Counted from the first letter of the stretch, positions 45,432-55,434 are shown. The stretch is DNA of 64,000 nucleotides from Acidimicrobiia bacterium (GCA_035512955.1 DATKCZ010000023.1:15698-79697), one strand, 5' to 3'. Translations and numbers: made by a program. Notes: generated by a model from the sequence alone, not told the origin.

Positions 45432-45950
45432 TTAACCTGAGGCCCGACGCTCCTCCTCGACGTCGTCCTCGACCATGCGAAGCATGGTGAGGAACTTCTC
45501 CCGGTCGAGCTCGAACCTGCTCACGTCCTCCACGACCTCTTGGACGATCTCGTCGATGGCGACGAAGAAGGCGAGTTGGCCCTCGCGCAAGGCATCGATC
45601 AGCTCGCCCTCGTCCCGGCTGACACGAAAGATGGTCTTGCCATCGGTGACCAGCTTGATGTCGGAGAGGTGGGTGTCCATGTCCCCCTCCCGCCGCAGAT
45701 AGTCCCACGCCCTTCGCACCCGCTGCAGCGACATGCCGTTGTCGAGCAGGCTGCGCACTACCCGCAATGCGACGAGATCACGAAACGAGTAGAGACGTCT
45801 CACCCCGGGTCGCCCTCCGGTGGGCTGAACGGAGGGTTTCACAAGACCCACCTTGTCCCAATATCGCAACTGGTGATGCGTGCAGTTGCTGAGCCGACAA
45901 GCCTGCTCGGCGGTGAATGCTTGCTCCACTCTGTCCTTCCAAAACTTCAC
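45432..45950 (-). CDS. MerR-family transcriptional regulator
   Basis: HTH region FTAEQACRLSNCTHHQLRYWDKVGLV followed by a dimerisation helix. Start is uncertain (probably GTG/TTG near VKFWKD). Confidence 0.6.
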   Translation of the reverse strand: MKFWKDRVEQAFTAEQACRLSNCTHHQLRYWDKVGLVKPSVQPTGGRPGVRRLYSFRDLVALRVVRSLLDNGMSLQRVRRAWDYLRREGDMDTHLSDIKLVTDGKTIFRVSRDEGELIDALREGQLAFFVAIDEIVQEVVEDVSRFELDREKFLTMLRMVEDDVEEERRASG

Positions 45951-46073
45951 CAGCGAACCGGGGCGATGGCTCGCACTTGCAACCTCCGACCGGCTGCAGC
46001 CCGGGGAGACGGCCGATGGGGGCGGGAACAATAGCGACTTCTCGACCGAGCCGCAGATTGGAGTTGGAGTCTT

Positions 46074-46376
46074 CTACTCGGGCAGCGAGTCCTCGGACTC
46101 CGTCGACTCCGACCGCCAACCGCGAATCCGGATCGCGTTCACCAGCGATGTCGCCGAGACGACGAGAAGGGCGAATCCGGCGACGGCAATCCAGGTGTAG
46201 CTCACGTATGCGATCACGATGGTCAGCCCGACGATGACACCGAGGAGGGAGAGTCTGGCCCCGACCCGAGAGGGTCTCTCGATCTTGCGCACGGCGCGCG
46301 CCAGCTCGGGGTCTTCCTCGTAGAACTGTCTCTCGATCTCAGCGAGTATTCGCTGTTCCTTGTCATCCAACGGCAT
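46074..46376 (-). CDS. DUF3040 domain membrane protein
   Basis: MPLDDKEQRILAEIERQFYEEDPELARAVRK, then 2 TM. This is the typical DUF3040 architecture. Confidence 0.7.
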   Translation of the reverse strand: MPLDDKEQRILAEIERQFYEEDPELARAVRKIERPSRVGARLSLLGVIVGLTIVIAYVSYTWIAVAGFALLVVSATSLVNAIRIRGWRSESTESEDSLPE

Positions 46377-46437
46377 TCAGTCACCACTCTGATCGGGCCA
46401 GATGCTTGTTCAAACATTACACCCCCTGTGAAGACAC

Positions 46438-47628
46438 TTACATCGGTTCGGGCTCTGTTGCCTCGGGCTCGGGGTTCGGCAGCAAACGGGCGGGACCGAC
46501 CGCGGCTTCGCCAAATCGCTCCCTGACCTCGGCCACGGCGTCCTCGACTGCCTCCCACTCGTGATCGGAGCCGATGTCGAGCTGGGTCGGCAGGTCGGCC
46601 GGCTCGAGGGAGGACCCCCCGAGCCCGAGGAGCCGCACGGGTCTCTCGGTGGCGATGCCGGCCACCAGCTCGCCGGCGATCTTGAACAGCTGTCGGGAGC
46701 CGTCCACCGGAGAGGGCACGGTCATCGAACGGGTGATGGTGGTGAAGTCGGAATAGCGCAGCTTGAGGGTGACCGTCCCCGCTCTCAACCCGGCTCGACG
46801 GAGACGGCCCGACAACCGTTGGGCGTGGGCGAGCAGGGCGGTCTCGATCACATCGGCGGTCTCCAAGTCGACGTCATAGGTCTCCTCCACCGAGATCGAC
46901 TTCGACGAGAGGTCGGGCACGACCGGACGGGGATCGCGGCCCATCGCCAGTTCATGGAGATGGCGGCCGCTCGACGGCCCCACCGCCGCGATGAGCGCCT
47001 CGATCGGCACCTCCCCTATGTCGCCGATGGTGCTCACACCCAATCGGGCCAGCGCCGCCAGGGTCGCCGGCCCCACCCCCCACATCTCGGAGGCGGGGAG
47101 GGAATGCAGGAAGGGGAGCTGCGCCGCGGCTGGGACATGATGCAGCCCGTCGGGCTTCGCCATCTTGGAGGCCAGCTTGGCGATGAACTTGATCGAGGCG
47201 ACACCGACCGAGGCGGGGAGGCCGAGCTGGGACCTGATCCTGCTCCTCACCGCCTCTCCGACGGCCACCGGCGACTCGTAATGCAGTCTCAGGCCCCCCA
47301 CGTCGAGGAAGGCCTCGTCGAGACTGAGCCCTTCCACCATCGGGGTGAACGAGCGAAAGACGGCGAACACCTCGGCGGAGACGTCGCTGTAGAGCCCGTG
47401 GGCCGAAGGCACCACGATCAGGTCGGGACATAGCCGACGCGCCGCCGAGGTCGGTTGGGCGGAGTGAACCCCGTGCCGGCGCGCCTCGTATGAGGCGCTG
47501 GCGATGACCCCGCGGGGCCCGGCGCCCCCGACCGCCACCGGTCGGCCGCGGAGGCCGGGGTCGTCGAGACGCTCGACCTCGACGAAGAAGCTGTCCATGT
47601 CGACATGGAGAATCGGCTCGTCCCACAC
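46438..47628 (-). CDS. dinB: DNA polymerase IV (Y-family translesion polymerase)
   Basis: ILHVDMDSFFVEVE, SASYEARRHGV and SIGVASIKFIAKLASKMAKPDG are classic DinB motifs. Confidence 0.9.
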   Translation of the reverse strand: MWDEPILHVDMDSFFVEVERLDDPGLRGRPVAVGGAGPRGVIASASYEARRHGVHSAQPTSAARRLCPDLIVVPSAHGLYSDVSAEVFAVFRSFTPMVEGLSLDEAFLDVGGLRLHYESPVAVGEAVRSRIRSQLGLPASVGVASIKFIAKLASKMAKPDGLHHVPAAAQLPFLHSLPASEMWGVGPATLAALARLGVSTIGDIGEVPIEALIAAVGPSSGRHLHELAMGRDPRPVVPDLSSKSISVEETYDVDLETADVIETALLAHAQRLSGRLRRAGLRAGTVTLKLRYSDFTTITRSMTVPSPVDGSRQLFKIAGELVAGIATERPVRLLGLGGSSLEPADLPTQLDIGSDHEWEAVEDAVAEVRERFGEAAVGPARLLPNPEPEATEPEPM

Positions 47629-47720
47629 TGTGTGACCAAGATAACGGCGCCGACCCGGGCGGCGGTTATGTGGCTGCAGTTACCCGGAGTTCGCCCGGTC
47701 AGCAGCCAAACTGATCGTCT

Positions 47721-48395
47721 ATGGCCGCACTGGTTCATCTCGTACACCATGCCGAAGTCGACAACCCTGACCATCTGGTGTGCGGGTCGCTACCGGGTTT
47801 CGACCTGTCACCCCACGGTTTGGAGCAGGCCCGACGGGTTGGCCGCTATCTGGGGCCCCGGCCCGTGGTGGCGATCTGGTCATCGCCACAGCAGCGGTCG
47901 TTGCGCACCGCCGAGGAGATCGCCTCACGCTCCGGTGTCCCGGTCAGGGTCCATCCCGAGCTCACCGATTGGGCTCTGACCGACCGATGGATGGGCCACC
48001 CCTGGAACATGATCTCCACCCGCTTCCCCGGAGAGATCGAGGCCTACCTGGATCACCCGGCGAGTCTCGGCTTCGTCGAGGAGCAACTCTCGGACGTCGC
48101 CGAGCGGGTGGCATCGGTGGCACGGGCCCTCGACCAGGAGCACCCCCACGGGGACGTGGTCATCGTCTCTCATCAGGACGCGGTGCAGGCCGCCCGTCTC
48201 CTGCTCACCGGGGCCACCCTGGCGACACTCCATGACCGACGGCCGGGACATGGAGCGGTGGTCACCCTCCGCCCGGGACAGACCTGGAGAGAGGAGACAT
48301 CCTGGGAGCCGGGCGATACCCCCCGCTTTGGCGAGAGATCCGACCTGCGGGTGGTCACCACCTCGGGATCCCCCGACGGGCCCACCCCCGCCTGA
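47721..48395 (+). CDS. Histidine phosphatase family protein (phosphoglycerate mutase-like)
   Basis: The N-terminal LVHLVHHAEV aligns with the RHG catalytic motif (here HHA). A later His is present in VIVSHQDAV. Confidence 0.65.
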   Translation: MAALVHLVHHAEVDNPDHLVCGSLPGFDLSPHGLEQARRVGRYLGPRPVVAIWSSPQQRSLRTAEEIASRSGVPVRVHPELTDWALTDRWMGHPWNMISTRFPGEIEAYLDHPASLGFVEEQLSDVAERVASVARALDQEHPHGDVVIVSHQDAVQAARLLLTGATLATLHDRRPGHGAVVTLRPGQTWREETSWEPGDTPRFGERSDLRVVTTSGSPDGPTPA

Positions 48396-48419
48396 CCGTC
48401 CTGCGACTCAAAGGACGCG

Positions 48420-49211
48420 TTGAGCCCGTCTTTCTCTTCTCAGAACCGAACTGCGACAATCTCGGGGGTGAAGACCCCGCTCCTGATGGCGACGAGTCTC
48501 CTGGCCGCCCTGGTCTGGACCGCAGCCATCATCGTGGACAATGACCCCTTCCAGCCGGCCGCGTCGCTCCTGATCGGGGTGGGGCTGGTCGCGATGGCGA
48601 CGGTGGCCACGGTGGGCATGATCGTGGTCGCGGGTCGCTGGGCCCGTCTCTTGGGATTTGGGGCCATCGGAGTCACCGTGGTGCTCGCCCTGGTGAGAGC
48701 GGTCGACATCATCTGGGTGCTGGGCATCGCCGCCACCGCCATCTCCTTCGCCGCCCTCCTCTCTCCTGCCGTCGACTCATCGATCAGAAAGCTGGCATCG
48801 GCGTCGGGCCCCCCACCCCGGGCCATCATCCCTCCCCTCCTCTTGCTGGCCACCCCCGCACTCCTCGGGTTGGTGGGTGATGACTCCACGGTCTGGGCGC
48901 TTCTGATCGTCGGTTTGTCAGCCCCCTGCGTGGCTCTCCTCTACAGCCGTGTCTTTCCGGGGGGTCTCATCGGCATCCGCCTGCTCTGGCCGGTCCTGGC
49001 CCTTACCCTGTCCCCGGTCCTCGGGTTCCCGACGGGGCTGGTTGCGGCGTTGCTGGCGATCGCGGTCGGGGTCACGGCATGGGGCTCGTCGGTCAAAGCG
49101 TCGTATCACCCGCCCCGCGAAGTGGGGACCACCTTCCCGGTGCCCCCGGAGTTGGCCCCGGCGGAGGTGCTCGACGCTGCCGAGATCGACGACACCGGCA
49201 AGCCGAGATGA
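48420..49211 (+). CDS. Hypothetical polytopic membrane protein
   Basis: 263 aa, about 7 hydrophobic helices, no recognisable motif. Confidence 0.45.
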   Translation: MSPSFSSQNRTATISGVKTPLLMATSLLAALVWTAAIIVDNDPFQPAASLLIGVGLVAMATVATVGMIVVAGRWARLLGFGAIGVTVVLALVRAVDIIWVLGIAATAISFAALLSPAVDSSIRKLASASGPPPRAIIPPLLLLATPALLGLVGDDSTVWALLIVGLSAPCVALLYSRVFPGGLIGIRLLWPVLALTLSPVLGFPTGLVAALLAIAVGVTAWGSSVKASYHPPREVGTTFPVPPELAPAEVLDAAEIDDTGKPR

Positions 49212-49453
49212 GTCGTCTCCCCAACCCATGGATCGCCATCCCCGCCCTGTCGATGGGTGTGCTCGCCGCCGCCCTCGGTTGGGTGGTCACCGACGTCAGT
49301 TGTCGTCAGCCGGACCCTTCGGGTGTGGTGACGCCCTGCAACGGCTGGGCTGCCCTGGTGGCGGCGCTCTCGTTCATCGCGGTGACCATCGGCGTGGCCG
49401 TCCTGCTGGTCCTGGTGTTCCGCAGCCTCGCCGAGTGGCGGGAGCGGCCATAG
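49207..49453 (+). CDS. Small hypothetical membrane protein (about 82 aa)
   Basis: ATG at 49207 overlaps the upstream stop (ATGA). Two TM helices (MSRLPNPWIAIPALSMGVLAAALGWVV ... ALVAALSFIAVTIGVAVLLVLVF). Confidence 0.4.
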
Positions 49454-49456
49454 GCC

Positions 49457-49699
49457 TCAGCTCAGCTTCTGATGGACCAGGTCCACCGCCTGGCCGACGG
49501 TGACGATCGACTCCGCCTCCTCGTCGGGGATCTTGACGTCGAACTCGTCCTCGAGCGCCATGAGCAGCTCGACCACCCCGAGACTGTCCACGTCGAGATC
49601 CTCCTCGAAGTGGGCGTCGTCCTTGATCTTGGACTCATCGAGGCCCAGCTCGGAAACGAGCACGCCGGTGAGACGCTCGGAGACTTCGCTCCTGTCCAT
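49457..49699 (-). CDS. acpP: Acyl carrier protein
   Basis: 80 aa with LDVDSLGVVELLMALEDEF (Ser is the phosphopantetheine site). Start reassigned to MDRSEV. Confidence 0.85.
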   Translation of the reverse strand: MDRSEVSERLTGVLVSELGLDESKIKDDAHFEEDLDVDSLGVVELLMALEDEFDVKIPDEEAESIVTVGQAVDLVHQKLS

Positions 49700-49733
49700 T
49701 TTCTCCTTCTCCTTCGTGTTTGCTTGCGAGAAC

Positions 49734-50483
49734 TTACAGTGCGAGACCGCCATCTACCGCGATAACCTGGCCGGTTATGTAGGAAGCCGTGTCTGATGCG
49801 AGAAAGTCGACTACTCCGGCCACCTCGTCGGGACGACCGAAGCGCCCCATGCTCACCGACCGACGTGCCGTCTCCTTGACGGTGTCACCGAGAAGGCCGG
49901 TGAGATCGGTCTCGATGAAGCCGGGAGCCACCACATTGGCAGTGATCCCCCTGGAGCCGACCTCTTTGGAGATCGACTTGGAGAGACCGATCATCCCTGC
50001 CTTCGAGGCGGCGTAGTTGGCCTGCCCCGCATTGCCGACGATCCCGGCCACGGATGCGATCGAGATGATGCGCCCCCAACGGGCCCGGAGCATGGCGCGC
50101 ATTGCCCGCTTCGTGCACAAGAACACCGAACGGAGGTTGGTCTGGATGACCTGATCGAAGTCCTCGGTGCTCATCCGGACCAGCAACTGGTCTCGGGTGA
50201 CACCGGCATTGTTGACCAGCACGAGTGGAGGCCCGAGGACCTCCTCGATGTCGTGGAACATCGTGGTCACCGAGCCCTCATCGCCCACGTTGGCCTTGAC
50301 CGCGATGGCCTCACCGCCCGTGCCCTTGATGGTCTCGACCACCTCATCCGCAGCGTCCTGATTGCCCGCGAAGTTCACCGCGACGCGATGCCCGGATGCG
50401 GCCAGCGTGGTGGCCACGGCCCGGCCTATTCCCCTGGAGCCACCGGTGACGAGCGCTACTCTGCCCTCAGACTCTCCACTCAC
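49734..50483 (-). CDS. fabG: 3-oxoacyl-[ACP] reductase
   Basis: SDR family: TGGSRGIGRA, NAG and YAASKAG (catalytic Y-x3-K). Confidence 0.9.
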   Translation of the reverse strand: MSGESEGRVALVTGGSRGIGRAVATTLAASGHRVAVNFAGNQDAADEVVETIKGTGGEAIAVKANVGDEGSVTTMFHDIEEVLGPPLVLVNNAGVTRDQLLVRMSTEDFDQVIQTNLRSVFLCTKRAMRAMLRARWGRIISIASVAGIVGNAGQANYAASKAGMIGLSKSISKEVGSRGITANVVAPGFIETDLTGLLGDTVKETARRSVSMGRFGRPDEVAGVVDFLASDTASYITGQVIAVDGGLAL

Positions 50484-51583
50484 GAGAGCTTCTCCGGCAA
50501 GCCGAAGAAGTCGAAGTTGGGTTGGAGGAGCTCCATGGTGTCACGGTCCGGTGGCGGTAACGCAGCGTCGGACTCGCCGAGCGGTTCGATACGGGGCCCC
50601 CAGCGGTACACCGCCGAGCCCCAGGTGAGGCCACCACCGAAGGCGGCGAAAAGGACTGTCGAGCCGGGCTGGATCCGTCCCTTCTCGAGGGCCTCGGTGA
50701 GGGCGACGGGGATGGTCGCCGCCGAGGTGTTCCCGTAGGAGTGAATGTTCACGAACACTTTCGACTCGTCGAGACCGAGCCGGCGGGCAGTGGCGTCGAT
50801 GATGCGCACGTTGGCCTGGTGCGGGATGAGCAGATCCACGTCGTCCAGCTCGAGCCCGGCTCGCTCCAGGGAGAGCAGAGAGGACTCGCTCATCTTGGTG
50901 ACCGCCCGGCGGAAAACCTCCTGGCCCTCCATCGAGACCCCGCACATCGCCGGGTCGGGGCTCTCGCGGTCGCCCATGGTGCCGTCCTTGGGCACCTGCA
51001 GGATGTGATAGACGGAGCCGTCGAGGCCGATGTCCGAGGCCAGCACCCCATGGGGCTCCGAAGTCGGCTCGAGCACCACCGCCCCCGCCCCGTCACCAAA
51101 GAGGACACAGGTGGCCCGGTCGGTGAAGTCCATGACGTAGTGGAGCTTCTCGGCGCCGATGAGTAGCACCGTCTCGTGTGTCCCTCCCCGGATCATGTTG
51201 GAACCGACCACCAGCCCGTACACGAAACCGGAGCAAGCGGCGTTGAGGTCCATCGCCGCCGCGTTCCAGGCCTTCATCTTGTTCTGGACGATGGAAGCGG
51301 TCGACGGGATGATGGAGTCGGGTGTGCAGGTGGCCACCAGGAGAAGGTCCACATCCTCTGGATTCTTGCCCGCCGCGGCGAGGGCGCGCAGACCGGCGAT
51401 CGCCGCCATGTCGGAGGTTTCGACATGGCTGATCCGCCGCTCCTTGATCCCCGTCCTGGTGGTTATCCACTCGTCGGAGGTGTCGACCAGCTGTTCGAGG
51501 TCGTGGTTGGAGAGCACATTGGGAGGCATGCACTTGCCCCAGCCGGTTATCTCTGAATTCTGCATCGGGAGCTCCTCGGTCAT
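50480..51583 (-). CDS. fabH: 3-oxoacyl-[ACP] synthase III
   Basis: Active-site Cys in AACSGFVY, HQANVRI and NIHSYGNTSAATIP. It also has a roughly 40-aa C-terminal extension beyond the usual FabH end. Confidence 0.9.
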   Translation of the reverse strand: MTEELPMQNSEITGWGKCMPPNVLSNHDLEQLVDTSDEWITTRTGIKERRISHVETSDMAAIAGLRALAAAGKNPEDVDLLLVATCTPDSIIPSTASIVQNKMKAWNAAAMDLNAACSGFVYGLVVGSNMIRGGTHETVLLIGAEKLHYVMDFTDRATCVLFGDGAGAVVLEPTSEPHGVLASDIGLDGSVYHILQVPKDGTMGDRESPDPAMCGVSMEGQEVFRRAVTKMSESSLLSLERAGLELDDVDLLIPHQANVRIIDATARRLGLDESKVFVNIHSYGNTSAATIPVALTEALEKGRIQPGSTVLFAAFGGGLTWGSAVYRWGPRIEPLGESDAALPPPDRDTMELLQPNFDFFGLPEKLS

Positions 51584-52515
51584 GCCATCGTAACGAGGGC
51601 CTCGGCGGCGTCGCGGATGTCTGCTGACTCCGATACGACATGGACGGTGGCGCCTTCGACGGTTCTTCTCGCCATTCCGGCGGTGACCTCACCCGGGCCG
51701 ACATGGACGAAGGTCCCTATGCCCGAGGATTCCATGTCGGTGAGACACTGCTGGAACCGCACCGGTGAGATCATCTGAGAGCGCAGCGTCTGCGCGATCT
51801 CCGGGGCCCGGTGAGGTCTGGCGGTGGTGTTCGACCAGACAGGGAACCCCGGGTCGGAGAAGGAGACCGAAGAGAGCGCCTCGCCCAATTCCTCGGCCGC
51901 GGGCTCCATGAAACTGGAGTGGAAGGCGCCCGCGACCTTCAACGGGATGGCGCGCCTCACACCGAGGTCCCGGGCGTGCTCGGTCACCCAGACGATGTCC
52001 GCACTCGACCCGGCCACCACCACCTGGCCGGGGTCATTGATGTTGGCCACCTGAAGCTGGCCTCCCTCGGCTCGTCTCGTGGCGGCCACCTCCTCGGCCA
52101 GGGCGTGGTCGGCTCCAACCAATGCCGCCATCCCCGAACCCACTCGATCAGCGGCGCGCGCCATCGCCTCCCCCCGTCTCGCCACGACCGCGAGGGTGTC
52201 GAAGAACGAGATGGCCCCGGCGGCGCACAGCGCGGTGTACTCCCCGAGTGAATGGCCGGCAGCACCCGACACCGGCCCGTCGCAGACCACTCGGAATTCC
52301 TCCCACAGGGCATAGGAGACTGCGAAGAGGGCAGGTTGAGCGTGTTCGGTGCGGGTCAACCGATCCTCGGGGCCCCCGACACAGACGTCGCGCAGCGACC
52401 AGCCCAGCACATCGTCGGCGCTGTCGCCGAGCAGGTCGGGGCGAGTGTCGAACAGGTCGGCGCCCATCCCGACGAATTGGCTGCCCTGGCCGGGGAAGAG
52501 GACGGCGAAACTCAT
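51580..52515 (-). CDS. fabD: Malonyl CoA-ACP transacylase
   Basis: FPGQGSQ, active-site GHSLGEYTAL and AFHS. Confidence 0.9.
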   Translation of the reverse strand: MSFAVLFPGQGSQFVGMGADLFDTRPDLLGDSADDVLGWSLRDVCVGGPEDRLTRTEHAQPALFAVSYALWEEFRVVCDGPVSGAAGHSLGEYTALCAAGAISFFDTLAVVARRGEAMARAADRVGSGMAALVGADHALAEEVAATRRAEGGQLQVANINDPGQVVVAGSSADIVWVTEHARDLGVRRAIPLKVAGAFHSSFMEPAAEELGEALSSVSFSDPGFPVWSNTTARPHRAPEIAQTLRSQMISPVRFQQCLTDMESSGIGTFVHVGPGEVTAGMARRTVEGATVHVVSESADIRDAAEALVTMA

Positions 52516-52548
52516 CGATCGGGTTTGACCAGCGGCGCCCGGCCAGAG

Positions 52549-53574
52549 TTACCCAAGCGCTGCGAGCAGCCGATCGACATCGGCTTGGTCGACATCGCGA
52601 TGGGTGACGATCCTCCAGCGGCCCTGCACCGGCGGGTTTACCTTGATGTTGGCGGACCGGAGCCGATCGGCCACCTCGTCCCAGCCCTCCCCGATCTCAC
52701 CGAAATCGACCAGGACCAGATTGGTGTGGACGTTGGCGGGGTCCAACGAGCCGGGGAATCTCTCCGCAAGACCCACAGCGACCTTCTGGGCGAGGACGTG
52801 GTCTTCGGCGAGACGTGCCCGATCGGCCAGCCCCACCCTCGCCGCCGCCGCGATGATCCCGGCCTGACGCATGCCGCCGCCGAACCTCCTGCGCAGATAG
52901 CGGACCTCGGCCATGACGTCGCCCGGCCCGCAGATGATCGAGCCGATGGGAGCACCGAGGCCCTTGGAGAAACAGAACTGGATGGTGTCGGCCATTGCTG
53001 CCCAGGCCGGCCCGTCGATGTCGGTGGCAGCCACCGCGTTCCAGATGCGGGCCCCGTCGATGTGGATACTGAGGCCGTGGCTCCGCGCCCGGGCGGACGT
53101 CGTCTCCATGAGCTCGAAGGGGATCACCCGGCCTCCGGAGAGGTTGTGGGTGTTCTCCCAGGTGAGGAGGCTTATGCGGGGGAAGAACCCGCTGAGCTCC
53201 ATGGCGTGGTCCACGTCCTCGGGGTAGATCTGGCCGCCTTCCCGGTCCACGGTCCGGAACCCCACCCCGGAGAGCGCCTGGGCGGCGCCGCCTTCGATCG
53301 AGCGGAGATGACTGGCCGCGTTCGCCAGCACCTCCTCCCCGGGGGTGGTGTGATACATGATCGCCAGCTGGTTGCCCATGGTCCCTGTGGGGACGAGGAC
53401 GGCCGCTTCCTTGCCCACGGCCGCTGCCGACTCCTCCTCCAACCGGTTCACGGTGGGATCGTCGTGGTAAACGTCGTCGCCGAGCGGTGCCGACACCATG
53501 GAGTCGAGCATGGCCTTGGTGGGACGGGTAACAGTGTCAGAGCGGAAATCGGCGAGACCGTCGGGAAAAGCCAT
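52549..53574 (-). CDS. ltaE: Low-specificity L-threonine aldolase
   Basis: FRSDTVTRPT N-terminus and PLP-lysine region CFSKGLGAPIGS. Confidence 0.85.
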   Translation of the reverse strand: MAFPDGLADFRSDTVTRPTKAMLDSMVSAPLGDDVYHDDPTVNRLEEESAAAVGKEAAVLVPTGTMGNQLAIMYHTTPGEEVLANAASHLRSIEGGAAQALSGVGFRTVDREGGQIYPEDVDHAMELSGFFPRISLLTWENTHNLSGGRVIPFELMETTSARARSHGLSIHIDGARIWNAVAATDIDGPAWAAMADTIQFCFSKGLGAPIGSIICGPGDVMAEVRYLRRRFGGGMRQAGIIAAAARVGLADRARLAEDHVLAQKVAVGLAERFPGSLDPANVHTNLVLVDFGEIGEGWDEVADRLRSANIKVNPPVQGRWRIVTHRDVDQADVDRLLAALG

Positions 53575-53592
53575 GACCGAATGGTAGAACCG

Positions 53593-54765
53593 CTACAGAC
53601 GGTCGAGGGACTCGGCGATGCGCCCGGTGGCGGTCTCGATGCGATCGCTCTCGTCGACCAGGGCGAAGCGCACGAAACCCTCCCCTGATGGGCCAAAGCC
53701 GATGCCGGGGCTCACCGCCACCCCCGCCCGCTCGAGGAGGTGGATCGAGAACTCGAGCGAGCCCATTTCGGAGTAGGGCCCGGGCACCTCAGCCCAGACG
53801 AACATCGTCCCCAGGGGACGGTCGACCTTCCAGCCCCCGCCGCTGAGCCCGTCGACGAGGAGGTCACGTCTCGCCCGATAGGTCTCACAGACCTGGGCGA
53901 CGAAGTCGTCGCCGGTCTCCAATGCCCTGGCGGCGGCGAGCTGGATCGGTTGGAAGGTCCCGTAGTCCAGATAGGACTTGAGCTTGGCCAGGGCGGCGAC
54001 GATCTCCGCGTTCCCCGAGCAGAACCCAACCCGCCATCCGGCCATCGAGTGGCCTTTGGTCAGCGAGTAGAGCTCGATCGCCACCTCGGACGCCCCCGGC
54101 ACCTCGAGGATAGAAGGCGGGGTGTAGCCGTCGAAGCCGATGTCGGCGTAGGCGAAGTCGTGGACCAGCACCACTTCGTTCTCGTGGGCAAAGGAGACGA
54201 GACGCTCGAAGAAGCCGAGGTCTACCGTCTTGGTGGTGGGGTTGTGAGGGAAGCTGACCACGATCACCCGTGGTCTCGGCCAGGAGTTGTTGAACATGCG
54301 GTTGACCACCTCGAAGTAGTCCTCCTCCGACGAGATGGGAGCGCGCCGCACCTCGGCGCCGGCGATGATCGGCGCATATATGTGAATCGGGTAGGAAGGC
54401 TCTGGCACGATGGCGACGTCCCCCGGCTGGAGCAGAACCCAGAGCAGGTGGGAGAGACCCTCCTTGGCTCCGATGGTGGCTATCACCTCGGTCTCGGGGT
54501 CGAGCTCGACGCCGAAACGTCTCCGGTATCGGCCTGCCAGGGCGACCCTGAGATCCTCCACCCCGCGGGACACCGAGTAGCGGTGGTTCCAGGTGTGCCG
54601 CACCTCTTCGATGAGGGTCTCCACCGCCTGTCGAGGTGAGGCCAGATCCGGGTTCCCGAAGCCGAGGTCGATCACGTCGCTCCCGGCCGCGATCACCTCG
54701 GCCTTGCGCCGGTTCACCTCGGCGAATGCGTAGGGCGGGAGCGAGCCGATCCTTCGAAAGTCCAT
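53593..54765 (-). CDS. Class I/II pyridoxal-phosphate-dependent aminotransferase
   Basis: YAFAEVNRRKAE..DLGFGNPD, and PLP lysine in SLTKGHSMAGWRVGF. Start reassigned to MDFRRIG. Confidence 0.8.
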   Translation of the reverse strand: MDFRRIGSLPPYAFAEVNRRKAEVIAAGSDVIDLGFGNPDLASPRQAVETLIEEVRHTWNHRYSVSRGVEDLRVALAGRYRRRFGVELDPETEVIATIGAKEGLSHLLWVLLQPGDVAIVPEPSYPIHIYAPIIAGAEVRRAPISSEEDYFEVVNRMFNNSWPRPRVIVVSFPHNPTTKTVDLGFFERLVSFAHENEVVLVHDFAYADIGFDGYTPPSILEVPGASEVAIELYSLTKGHSMAGWRVGFCSGNAEIVAALAKLKSYLDYGTFQPIQLAAARALETGDDFVAQVCETYRARRDLLVDGLSGGGWKVDRPLGTMFVWAEVPGPYSEMGSLEFSIHLLERAGVAVSPGIGFGPSGEGFVRFALVDESDRIETATGRIAESLDRL

Positions 54766-54817
54766 GGGCACGCTCAAGGTAGAGCGGACGGGTGCCCTCA
54801 ACGCGGCATTGGGCCGG

Positions 54818-55246
54818 TCAACCGCTGAGGCGGTCGATTATCTGGCCGAGCCTCTTCGGCATGACGTTCCGGGCCAACCCGACGACATCACGGACCAGCG
54901 AGAGGAGGTCGCCCGGCCCGTCCCACAGCTCATCGACGACATCGGGCCCGGCTCGCTGGATCAGGGAATCGATGGCGAACATGACGATCAGGACGTCATC
55001 GGCCCACCCCACGACGGGGATCAGCTCAGGGATCAGGTCGATGGGGCTGGCGACGTAGGCCGCGGCCAGCCCGAGTGTGATCTTGGCCCGTCGGGGGACC
55101 CGGGGGTCTTTGAGCAGTCGGGCGATCAACTTGACGATGTTGGGCATCATCATCACCGCGTCGGTGACCAACCGTCGGGCCTGGATGCTGGTCCCGTCGG
55201 GGGGCAGGACTTCGTCCGGTCTCACCCGGTTCGGCTCTTCGCTCAC
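54818..55246 (-). CDS. DUF1232 (YkvA-like) membrane protein
   Basis: Conserved DLIPELIPVVGWADD motif characteristic of DUF1232. Confidence 0.65.
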   Translation of the reverse strand: MSEEPNRVRPDEVLPPDGTSIQARRLVTDAVMMMPNIVKLIARLLKDPRVPRRAKITLGLAAAYVASPIDLIPELIPVVGWADDVLIVMFAIDSLIQRAGPDVVDELWDGPGDLLSLVRDVVGLARNVMPKRLGQIIDRLSG

Positions 55247-55434
55247 TCGATTTCGATCCTCTGTCGTCGGTGGGAGTCGGCCTCATCATGGTCGCCCCGG
55301 TCGCCAATGCCGCCGATCTCCTCGATCACGGCTTCGACGGCCTTCAGCCCCTCGATGGCGGCCTGGATCATGTGGAAGGCGACCCGGCGACCGGCGCGTC
55401 CGAGCGCCGCCATGGTCGGTGACGGGTCGGTCAT
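55243..55434 (-). CDS. Small hypothetical protein (63 aa)
   Basis: Short ORF bracketed by 4-nt overlaps with both neighbours. No motif. Confidence 0.3.
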   Translation of the reverse strand: MTDPSPTMAALGRAGRRVAFHMIQAAIEGLKAVEAVIEEIGGIGDRGDHDEADSHRRQRIEIE

